From NCBI RefSeq assembly GCF_001194135.2, contig NC_069002.1:33462694-33526693 (forward strand): a stretch of DNA of 64,000 nucleotides, written 5' to 3'. The position numbers and the translations under genes were made by a program. Of this stretch, positions 52,246 to 64,000 are shown piece after piece (the first letter of the stretch is position 1; each line of letters opens with the position of its first letter). Source of the DNA: Octopus bimaculoides. Lineage: Eukaryota. A model generated the notes under the pieces. That model was not told the DNA's origin. It saw nothing but the letters and a program-made list of their open reading frames with translations, and did no database searches.

Positions 52246-53722
52246 TATTGCTATATTTATCATGATTGCTATCTTCTTTCTCTGAAAGTAACATTTGGCC
52301 GTTAAAGATTCCATATAATTTCTGATGCTATCCCCCACCACACCACTTAACTCCTCCCTCTCCGCCTCGCTTTTTTCTCTGGAAATTCCTTCAAGAAAAT
52401 ATGTCGAAATTCTGCTTGCTGCCACTTAAAAATCTTTCACGGAATCTCCAATCCTGGCCATCCATACTAAGATCAGTCATACACACACACACCCACACAC
52501 ACACACACAGACCCAGCTGTACAGATATAAGCGGCAGTACATAAAGTATATGAATGTAAACCAACATACACGTACACAAGGACACACACACACTCAAGCA
52601 CACACACACACATACTATCACGCACACATACTTCCATGCGCACACACTCGCAAGCACAAACTCGCATGTGCACACACTCGCACGCACATACACGCGCACG
52701 CACATACACTCGCATACACTTAAACGCATACGCGCACACACACACACACACAAAACAGTAACGAACAATTTAAACCAACACATAGGAAGAATTCAAGATA
52801 TGTAAGAATATACATAAGAATACTACTGATAGTCAGTCACACACACACACTATAACACTGACATGGACATTTAAACACACACATATCTACAAGGATGCAC
52901 ACATATACGTGAACACATACATACTCGTGTACACACAGAAATACGCATATACACCTATACTTGAATTCATTGATACACACACGCATATACATCTAAACGA
53001 CAACATCATATATATGTAGGACAGAACACNNNNNNNNNNNNNNNNNNNNNNNNNNNNNNNNNNNNNNNNNNNNNNNNNNNNNNNNNNNNNNNNNNNNNNN
53101 NNNNNNNNNNNNNNNNNNNNNNNNNNNNNNNNNNNNNNNNNNNNNNNNNNNNNNNNNNNNNNNNNNNNNNNNNNNNNNNNNNNNNNNNNNNNNNNNNNNN
53201 NNNNNNNNNNNNNNNNNNNNNNNNNNNNNNNNNNNNNNNNNNNNNNNNNNNNNNNNNNNNNNNNNNNNNNNNNNNNNNNNNNNNNNNNNNNNNNNNNNNN
53301 NNNNNNNNNNNNNNNNNNNNNNNNNNNNNNNNNNNNNNNNNNNNNNNNNNNNNNNNNNNNNNNNNNNNNNNNNNNNNNNNNNNNNNNNNNNNNNNNNNNN
53401 NNNNNNNNNNNNNNNNNNNNNNNNNNNNNNNNNNNNNNNNNNNNNNNNNNNNNNNNNNNNNNNNNNNNNNNNNNNNNNNNNNNNNNNNNNNNNNNNNNNN
53501 NNNNNNNNNNNNNNNNNNNNNNNNNNNNNNNNNNNNNNNNNNNNNNNNNNNNNNNNNNNNNNNNNNNNNNNNNNNNNNNNNNNNNNNNNNNNNNNNNNNN
53601 NNNNNNNNNNNNNNNNNNNNNNNNNNNNNNNNNNNNNNNNNNNNNNNNNNNNNNNNNNNNNNNNNNNNNNNNNNNNNNNNNNNNNNNNNNNNNNNNNNNN
53701 NNNNNNNNNNCACACATACACA

Positions 53723-53775
<53 letters not shown>

Positions 53776-54189
53776 GTGTGCGTATGTATACGTACGGAGG
53801 TACATGTGTGTATGTATATGAGCCTACAAGTAAACTGTAACAAGAGGAAAGTGGGAAAAAAACAAAATGAAGGCAAAATGCGAGTTTAATGCTTTCGACT
53901 TTGCTTAATACGGTAAACTAATAAGGCCATTATTACTGCGGTGAATTGGACAATTAAAATGATAGAGTCGGAATACTAAACAATACACGTTTCTGTTTGG
54001 TAATGCCGTAATCTTCGAGTAAGTGAGAACTGTGAACAATACGAGAGACTTAGAGAGGACATCAGTGCAGCAGTATTGATTATTAAAACTAGCGCTGAAA
54101 GAAAGAAAAAACAGAAAACGTCTGTTAGTGTTGGAATATGAGCTTATTATTTTTTTTATAAGTGTGTGTGTGTGTTTATTGTATGTATA

Positions 54190-54700
<511 letters not shown>

Positions 54701-55214
54701 ATATACATTTCTATCTATCAATCTATCTATATGCCTATCCATCTGTCTGTCTATCTCTGTATCTATATATAGAAAGAGAGAGAAACAGGGGGAGATAGAT
54801 AGATAGATAGATAGAAAGAGTGATAAAGAGACATGGTTTTATGTTGTTTTTCTGTGTATAATTTGTCTAGTCCTCATGTGGGTATGTATGAATGTGTATG
54901 TGTGTATCTAAGAATAATATATAGCAAATACATCATATATTATCCGGAAAGCAAACCTGAGGGTTCTTCTTTTTTTTCGTTTTCCTTTTTAGATGAAAAC
55001 ACATTCGGCAAATATAGGATATTAGCAATCGTTATTTTCTCTATGCACAGAACAATGAGTGTCATTTATCAACATAAAATCTACTTATGTTTAAACTGTT
55101 TGTTTAGTGCTGAAAAAACTGTCATCTAAATGCTTCCCATTGTTTCACACACAAACGTATTCACACACATACATATAAAAGGACGCAAACAGAAGTACAC
55201 ACAGACAAGCACAA

Positions 55215-55600
55215 ATGTTAACAGTTCTGCTGGACGTTCTGCAATACACGTCGGATCATACCTGGTTTATTGCGGTAATCTTCTGGCGAAGAGCTGCCTG
55301 CAGGTCAACCGGTGTTTGTGGTTTATTGATGAGGAGTATTTTGCTTTGATGTTGCGACAAAGGAAATAATCACAATTCGTAAATACAATTGATCGAACGC
55401 ATCTTAGCATACGACTGTACTGGTGGGAAAATATATGGTTTGTAAATATTTGTTTTGTAACGTCTGGGAAGGTCTTGCCGATAGACTGTCGCTCAGTCAC
55501 CGTGAATTGTTATGAGACCAACAAGTTGCGTTATTGTTCGAATCGCAGTAATCAGGAGAGGTGCACTTGCTGCCTCTTCAAAAGAACCACATCAACTATA
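55215..55600 (-). mobile_element. Tc1/mariner (IS630-type) transposase C-terminal relic
   Basis: Minus reading RS..TNCDYFLCRNIKAK..INKPQTPVDLQAALRQKITAIN resembles PRSPDLTPCDFFLWGYLKSKVY.NKP.T..DL...IRQEI. Confidence 0.65.
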
Positions 55601-56064
55601 CCATAGCGTGCTTCCAATTTATTTATTTTTTTTGCAAAGGTTTTCTAGTTTTCACGTCATGTTATTTGATGCAGACATCTAATTCTATACAAATGAAAAT
55701 CGAATTCAAGTTACAGTATCCTCTCACATGAGTCTCTGAAACGACTAGCGGACGATTATAACTTGATACAAAACAGCCAGCATATTCATGTGTCTCTTGG
55801 CAGTTCTAATTCACAAAATATTGTTGGGATACATGTTAATGTGATGCAATTCAAATTCCAGTCAACTATTTATACAATATCACAACTTAAGAACATATTT
55901 GTATGACTACATCTGTGAAAAGGGAGACAAAGATTTGAGTGGGTCTCGGAAAGCAAGTCACCACATACATGCTTATTAAATGCATCCTCAGTAACATAGA
56001 TCTGACCTTAATTAAAATTATGGTCTATGATATTTTTCTTCGTTTCAACCTTTATTATATAGCT

Positions 56065-56625
56065 GCAAACCTTGTCTATATCCTCCCGACATCCAAACGT
56101 TAGGACGCTTAACCCAACAAAGCCTTCACTCAAGCTTAAGCATCAAACACTATGCGACCAATAACAGTGTCCTGGACTGAGTCAGCAGCCATTGCATTGA
56201 ATCACTGATCATGATACACCGTCTTAGATAACTAGGACCTGTATCAAGAATGAGTCAAGGTTCCTATGCCCAATGTTTCGAGCAAGCTCAGTTCACGGAA
56301 AATAGAGACCGCTCAGAGCAACAGAAGAAGCAACTGAAAGCTACCTAAATGGTTAGAAACACAATCGTGAAACCATACGAAGTGGCGGTGTCCTCAATCA
56401 TCGGAAACAAATTCTTCGCAGCCACCAGAAGAAGACAGAAATAAATCAAAAGACAGAGAGGAAAGGCTGTACAAAATTAACCACGTCCTCCACCAACATT
56501 ACCATGCAGTCAATGCCATCGACACTTTCATGCGAGAATTGGCCTACAGAGTCACTAACGCAATCAGCACAACGGAGGCGTTGAGCAAAGAAACAAAATT
56601 CTCGGATACAAGATACAGCTGTCAA
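56065..56625 (+). mobile_element. RTE-clade LINE 3' end fragment with C-terminal C2H2 finger
   Basis: NNSVLD*VSSHCIESLIMIHRLR*LGPVSRMS (cf. QLRWAGHVSRM) and PTLPCSQCHRHFHARIGLQSH*R (cf. C..C.R.F.SRIGL.SH.R). Confidence 0.8.
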
Positions 56626-56700
<75 letters not shown>

Positions 56701-57320
56701 GTATGTATGTACATACATATATATACCTGCACATATAAAGAAAAAGCAATTAGCTTGACAAAATGAGATGAGTAAGCAAGGGTAAAATTTATATAATATA
56801 TAATGAAGCAACAACTGTCAATTTGCTGATGAAACGGGAAGCAATAACAATTAATATAATTATGCGAGCGAAGATTTAATGCTTAGTATAATACACAGTA
56901 TGAAAAAGAAAATTGATTGTATGAAAGATGAATGAATGAGAATGAGAGCAAAATATGTACGCTGATGGGTTAAAGAACATAACTATGCAAACGATTGTTT
57001 CGTCAATGAAAGATCGGTGAATTAAGTAGAGAAGTAGTGTAGTACATAGGGTGACAGAGGCAGTACAGACGTAATGCAGTACATAGCAGAAAATAGTCAA
57101 GGGTCAAGAGAAACGGACACACAGAGAGAAGGAGAGACGGGGAGAAATGGAAGGACTTATTGAACGATGGACAACGAATAGCAGAGAAACATTGGGCAGA
57201 AACTGAATTGGAGAGCAATTATTTGTACATTTCTCACAAGCCGTGTGTATCGCATGCTTAAAAGTGATTTATTATACAGTTGTGAAATACCATCCTAATA
57301 TCAAGCCTTCGTATATTTTT

Positions 57321-57359
<39 letters not shown>

Positions 57360-58449
57360 AAATTTAAATAATAAGGGTGAAAAAATTGAATATTAATTTG
57401 ATTAATATCAATTTAAAACCAGCGGCGTAGCACATTGAAAAATCTGAACATTCAGAAAAATTATATTACATACATATAAGAGGGATGACCACTAAGTGGA
57501 CATCCACTATGCTAGAAAGGCCTCATTGGAGGCCTGACATTCGGAGTTCTGTTGATAACGCTTAGAAACACTGAAGGGAGTTTGCAATAATTGTATGAAT
57601 CCGAGGGGGGAATATATTGAATAAAATCATAACTGATCGTGCTGTATCTTTTTGGGCTCATCGCTAGGAACTGTTCAGAACACACTCGTGTGTATTAGGT
57701 TTCGATACACGGCGAGTAAGAAACATAACCAATGTTTACGTTACAGAAATGAAATTATTCTGGTGGGAAAAAAATGATGCATCTTAAAACGAAATCAAAA
57801 AGTATAACTCCAGAAATCCTATTAATTTGATCTTGGTCTCTTACAGAATTCAAATAAAACCTATAAATCATAAATACTTGTAAGAAATGGGTCGCCTATG
57901 TGATTTAAATACAACAGAATGCACTAACGGTCTATAATGCTTTGTTTATAAATGACATACCGATAGATTATTTAAACTTTATGGAAATTCTAGGACATCA
58001 ATTCATTATAATGTGTATGATGTACCAGGAAAAAAGTAAATGACATTAGATGCATTGTCTAACGTAATGTGGTGCATATATTGAATAGCATTAAGTATCT
58101 TTAATGTATCTTATAACATGACGTATAAACTATATGACAACTAATTTTCGTTAAATTGCGCTTCATTAGTTCGAGGAGTGGAAATGAAATCTTAATCAAT
58201 GTCATGGCATTTCTCAACGGTTGTTGGGTGATGAAATTTTGCGAGAAATGTGAGAAAGTTTGTGCACGAGAAATGAAGTTGTTTATACTATTTTTATCTC
58301 TTAATACAGGAATCTCTTAGGGAAATATATACATTATCTCGTGTATCCTTTAAAAATACGGATATAGCACAGTTGTTCGGCGGTCCATCGATTAAATCCT
58401 CTGATAATATCGTGATCTTGCCATTATAACATGTTTAGGTCATTGTGAG

Positions 58450-59320
58450 ACCAAGAATTAGATACGACTCACTGCGGAATCCTTCCCTGTAGTTTGCATG
58501 CTTCAAGCTCTTGCCTGACGTGGCTGAGGTCATCGAAGGTTAGTGGACCTGAAGGATACATCGCGTGTAAAACCGACCAGGTCGACTCGTGCTCCCCAAA
58601 GCTGGCAGCTCCTCCGTACCCACACAGATGATGTCGGGCATTTGGAGACCTTTCTTAAACACGTCCAGGCATCTGCTGCAGAGGCTTCGACGGGGCCTCT
58701 TCTAGCTCGATACTTCTGCGTCGAATGAGAATAAGGCCTTGGTAGGATGCCCTGGCGGAAGGCAGAGGCCGATCGACTTGCTGAATATTGGTAGTAATAT
58801 CCTCATACTTCAGGTCAGTAACATAGCAGTTCCCAAATTGACGCCAGAGACACGTTCACTGAAGTTGGTCATAAGATAATGGATGACATACTTGTAGAGG
58901 TCGGGGGTGATCACACAGCCCTATATGAATCCGCTGTCGATGAGGAAACAATCGGAGCCCATCCATTTTCACACGCTCTCAGCTACCAGCACTACAGTAG
59001 AGCCGTTGGAACACGGAAAAGAACTTGTGAACCACGTCAGTGAGCCTGAGAATTTACCATAAATATGTAAATTAGATTGTGTCGAAGGCTATGTATAGGT
59101 GGCAGTCTTTAAGGAAATCATCCTGAGAAAAAGGGCTGATGTAGTGTCGGTGGTAGAGCGATTTGGCACGAATCTTGCGTGTTGTGGGCGGCGTTTGCTT
59201 CTTATAGTGGAAAAGGCAAGCTGCGGAGGATCCTGGTGAAGAGCTTGTTCGAAATGGAGAAGAGGATGATACATCTGTGGTTGCTGAGGACCAGTTTATC
59301 GCCCCTTCATTTCCAGTACC
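58450..59320 (-). mobile_element. RTE-clade LINE reverse-transcriptase fragment, frameshifted
   Basis: KGDKLVLSNHRCIILFSISNKLFTRIL..KRRPQHARFVPNRSTTD..KDCHLYIAFDTI..DSGFI*GCVITPDLY..TDLKYED (RT domains: NYRGI.L, QAGF.P.RST.D, GVRQGC, YADD). Confidence 0.88.
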
Positions 59321-59459
59321 CCCCCCCCCCCATAAAAAAAAAATTAGGAGAGAAAACATTGATTAGCTGCCAATGAGGCGTCAGGGACACTTACTTGCTT
59401 TGGAGTGATATACTTCAAGTTCCTCCTAACTTTCAAATGTTAATAAACCTACAAAATTC

Positions 59460-59630
59460 TTTGTTTAGATTACATCAACCCCAGAGCTCAAATGATACTT
59501 AATTTATCGGTCCCGAGAGGGTGAAAGGCAAAGTCGAACCATGATATTTTCAACTCAAAATTGGAAGTCGGACGAAATTCCACCGACATTTCATTCTCCA
59601 TGCTAATAATTATGCTAGTACACCGCTTTA
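59460..59630 (-). mobile_element. Degenerate Meta-type SINE
   Basis: gattacatcaacccc..tacttaatttatcggtcccgagagggtgaaaggcaaagtcga. Confidence 0.7.
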
Positions 59631-60218
59631 CATCTGGGTACAGTTTAAGCAAATTGTAGGTTTTAGAGAGTATAACGCAAAGTTTAATGTTAGATTCGGG
59701 CTTTTTATATAACCTTGTCCAGATTCATGGAACCTTCAGCTCCTTAGAGGTTAAGTTAACGTACATGTATATCATTTCACCAAAGAAATTAAGGCTAACT
59801 GTTGTGATAAAAGTATAATCCACCATCGTCATTCATATTCTTGATGGTACCAATTTAGACGCGAGTACTCTTGCGAGATCCAATGGAGACTATAAGTTGA
59901 ATAGCGTACAACAACGTATCAAAAGTTTCCGTGAAAACTGCTTCTACTTTTTAAAGATTAACTGAAGGCAAAGTATCAGAGTAATATATTCCTTGAACGG
60001 TAACCTATAGAATTTATTTTCTCCGATGTTCATGCAAGATAATGATACGCGGTTTGTTATTAATAGATGCACGTGTACAAACCAGACGACAGAAATTCTA
60101 CCCATTATTCCCTCCCTCTCTCCCTCCAACATTCATTCCATTCGTCCGTCCTCCTGCATTATCTATCTATCTACCTACCTATCTATTTTAAGTACTTGTC
60201 TGTCTGCCTGAGTGTATG

Positions 60219-60290
<72 letters not shown>

Positions 60291-61622
60291 TTATATTCTA
60301 TATGCATGTATAAAAGTGTGGGTGCGTGTGCCCTGAAACATTCATGATGCGCACTCGTACATATACACATATATTCACACACTTCCTCTCACATACTCTA
60401 TCTCTCTCACACGCACGCACGCACAAAAACACACGCCGGATTAACAGTCTCGATCACAACTTTCAGTTCATTAGAAAAGTATTTTTTCTAACAGACATTT
60501 AGTATATATGGTCTTCAAGTCAGTAGACGTCGTAGGAAATCTTTGTTCATATTTATATTATTTATACATTCAACCGGCACTTTCTTCAGCTTCTCTAATC
60601 TCTTACAGTTATTTTTGCTGCAGACATTCTGCACTTTTTCAGGAAATACTTTCACAGCAGGAGCTCTGTTTTCATTAAACTCTATTGTAACATCACGCAA
60701 CGTCTTGCATCTATAATGTATGAAATATCTAACCATCCAGCTGCAATGTCTGCCTATACTTAACCAATCTTGCTCGGGCGATCGTTTCGTTTCCTCGGTA
60801 ATTCTCTTTTATTTCTGAAGCAACTACACCATCGTATTATTATAGTTACCGGCACACTGATAATCAGGCAGTTACTAGCGTTAGTTATCGAATGAAATAG
60901 TTGATCTAATTACAGGACGGGTTTGATATCGCGTAAAATACATTATTTCAATATTCATCATTAGAATATTCGACTATACGAGCGAACAATGCTAAGGAAA
61001 TGCCTCGAACAGCACATAGCTTCTGTATTATCTTCCGTTTCTTTCGCCGATATTTTGAATCGTATTGAAATAAATATTCGAGGTTCAGAACGAGAAATAT
61101 AGCCACATCAACAACGTGCATCTCGCTGAAGTATCCCTGCATATTTACAATACCAGCGAACAGCCACTAAAAGATATTACTATAAGTGATATCAGGGTCC
61201 TTTGAGATCATTTGTGCGTGAATACAACAACAAATGCAAAAACAGCTGCCAATGTGAAAAGCTTGCCAAAGCAAGAAGGAATTTTTTTGCAAATATTTAC
61301 CATAGCTCAAGTGATAATAGCATACGCAAATATGTCTACATTCATGGGGTTAATTTGGTTGCTAAGACCAGGCCATCTTTTATTCCGTGTATCGATGGGC
61401 TTAGAGTTTAAAACTGTGGTCAACAATTCTTGCGATGTTCCAACTCTATTAACGTGTGTAAGTGAGTGAATGAGTATGTGTGTTTCAGTGATCGAATACG
61501 TTTGCAAGCTTATAATTAAAGAACGCATGGAGTTATTTTTATAAACATATAAGTGGATATACAAATTATATCGATCTATGGGAGCGTTCAATTTTGGGCA
61601 TGTATACATGTTATGCATACAC

Positions 61623-61655
<33 letters not shown>

Positions 61656-61657
<2 letters not shown>

Positions 61658-61912
61658 TAATCTTCAAGTTTAGGGGGATAAAAAATAAATAAAAATATTC
61701 AAGGGAAGTAACTGAACGTCTTACCAGTATTCTCCGTACATCTCTGTTTATAAATAAATCACACACGTGCTTTGATTGACGTTAGGGTTAGGATTAGGGT
61801 GTGATTTATTTATAAACAGCTAGAAGAAAACGGATAATACTGGTAAGTCGTTCAGTTATTTCCCTTGAATATTTTTATTTATTTTTTTATCCCCCTAAAC
61901 TTGAAGATTACC
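61656..61912. mobile_element. 257-bp MITE with ~110-bp inverted arms, in TA runs, TTAGGG-like spacer
   Basis: Arms 61656-61764 and 61799-61912 (ggtaatcttcaagtttagggggata.. / ..tatccccctaaacttgaagattacc). Spacer contains ttagggttaggattaggg. Confidence 0.88.
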
Positions 61913-62940
61913 TATATATATATATATATATGGGAATAACAAGTATTCTAGGTGATCAGGACGTTTACTATTTTACACTTTTCTCCCGAAATGCAAAAAG
62001 TATATTTTATAATATAATTACATATTTGGGATATTTACCAATAGATACGCAACTCCTATTTCAAGATAACATCATGGTATGATATACTTAGAGAAAATTA
62101 CATCAAATAAAATAACTAAAATAACATACAATAAAATTAGTGAAATAAATATAACTTACCTGTTATTTAGTCTGTAGAGAAAGACGGTAGTACTAGTAAA
62201 TGCTACACGCGTTTCTTCGCTGGTTGTGCGTATTAAGGATATACTTTATACATAAATCCACCAATGCGCCCTCACGCTATGTGTATTATCATCATTATTT
62301 ACAGGTAAAAGTTTAAAATCATTAAAAATAAAAAAAATTACAAATATATTTCAAAATATTACATACCTAAAGTACAATGTCGATGTATATTGAAAATGCT
62401 ATACCCAAGGAAATTATTAACGATAAATTAGAAACATATCAAATCTTGTAATATATCTAAATAAAATTATGGAAATTAATAATTTAGTGTAAAGTTTACC
62501 CCTTTCAATACTAGTATAAAAAAACATATTTTATGTCAAATGTGAGTTAATAGTACAGCATTATCATTAATTAGTAAATACAACTACTTACGTTAGAAAC
62601 TTATTGAGTAAAATTATTAAAAGAAGTAAAAATAAAGTAGAATGCTTAACGACATAATGGTTAATCCTTCTCGTTCCAGAACAAATGGCTGCCCCCACTG
62701 TCAGACGCTAAGTATTATGGGAATAACGTAAATTAATAAAATAAAACACTCTGAAAAATACTCTAAATCTAATACTATTAAAGAGGTTTAAGTCCATGGG
62801 AGATAATCGGTAGAAATAGGATTTATTCGTAAAGCTAGCTATCTCTGGATTTTTAAAGTGTTTCTAACATAAGTAGTTGTATTTACTAATTAACCATAAT
62901 TATTTACTATTAATTTCCTTAGGTATAGCGTTTTCAACAA

Positions 62941-63030
62941 GGTCGGCGAGATGGCAGTATCGTTAGCACGCCGGGCGAAATGTTTAGCGGTATTTCGTCT
63001 GCCGTTGCGTTCTGAGTTCAAATTCTGCCG
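62941..63030 (+). mobile_element. 5' head of a Meta-type SINE, truncated by the adjacent SINE
   Basis: ggtcggcgagatggcagtatcgttagcacgccgggcgaaatgtttagcggtatttcgtc..gagttcaaattctgccg. Confidence 0.85.
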
Positions 63031-63505
63031 TGTTTCAGTCATTTGACAGTGGCCATGCTGGAGCACCGCCTTTAGTCGAGCAAATAGACCTCAGGACTTA
63101 TTCTTTGTAAGCCAAGTACTTTTTTATCGGTCTCTTTTGCGAAACCACAGGCACACAAACATATANNNNNNNNNNNNNNNNNNNNNNNNNNNNNNNNNNN
63201 NNNNNNNNNNNNNNNNNNNNNNNNNNNNNNNNNNNNNNNNNNNNNNNNNNNNNNNNNNNNNNNNNNNNNNNNNNNNNNNNNNNNNNNNNNNNNNNNNNNN
63301 NNNNNNNNNNNNNNNNNNNNNNNNNNNNNNNNNNNNNNNNNNNNNNNNNNNNNNNATATATATATATATATATATATATATACGACGTGCTTCTTTCAGG
63401 TTTTGTCTACCAAATCCACTCACAAAGCTTTGGTCGGCCCGAATCTATAGTAGAAGACACTTGCCCAAAGTGCCATGTGGTTCGTAATCAAGCTACTTAC
63501 CACTC
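63031..63505 (-). mobile_element. Composite tRNA-CORE SINE spanning an N-gap
   Basis: tttcagtcatttgacagtggccatgctggagcaccgcc..ctaccaaatccactcacaaagctttggtcggccc..tagaagacacttgcccaa..aagctacttaccac. Confidence 0.85.
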
Positions 63506-64000
63506 ATCAACTAAATGCAAAAATGTATGGTAAATATACAAAACGTATAACGTATACTGAGTGTAAAACCGGACGGAAGACAAACACAGAATATCCCTAA
63601 TTCTTCAAAAATAATCACAGAGATGGTGATACTCAGTTTCATATATACATACACACACACATTTACACACGCACGTGCACATATATACATATAGGTTTGT
63701 ATCTCTTTTGTGCATGTCGATGTGTGTTACAGTGTGAATGAAGTTTTCTTGTATCTGTGCATTTGCAGATTAACATGAAGGAAAGAAGCAAGGAGAAGAT
63801 TGAACCAAATTGAGAAATAAATAGAATGAATTTCTTCAAGTGCAAATGGCTTTAAAAATCTACGATCAACTCTGTTGTGTTCGGTGTGTATAAATACATG
63901 TTTCAATTTCTTCTTACACATATACCTCTTTATCTACATGTATATTGCTGTCTGTACGTAAACACACACACATATATGTATATATGTATGTATATATATA

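Overview
AT-rich eukaryotic (metazoan) genomic DNA from a draft assembly, with 11 N-gaps and dense (TA)n/(CA)n/(GA)n/(TAA)n/(GATA)n microsatellites. The SINE families and repeat landscape look like an octopus or related coleoid cephalopod; this is inference, not verified. No intact protein-coding gene, tRNA/rRNA gene or CRISPR array can be supported, and nearly all ORFs in the supplied track are microsatellite or gap read-throughs. The recognisable content is transposon debris: about 20 tRNA-derived SINE copies of several families, R4/Dong and RTE LINE fragments, Tc1/mariner fragments, three palindromic non-autonomous DNA elements, a Helitron-like 3' end and a probable Penelope-type hammerhead remnant. 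There are also several local tandem duplications. The most interesting unexplained signals are: (1) a duplicated 11-nt microexon-like cassette with textbook splice signals on + (34164-34174 and 36675-36685); (2) a phase-compatible chain of candidate small exons on - centred on a 197-nt exon at 19872-20068; (3) inverted SINE pairs able to form long dsRNA; (4) a 540-bp TIR element with an unusual 6-bp target duplication and TTAGGG repeats at its centre. I did not find convincing evidence of a new biological system; these are leads to test.
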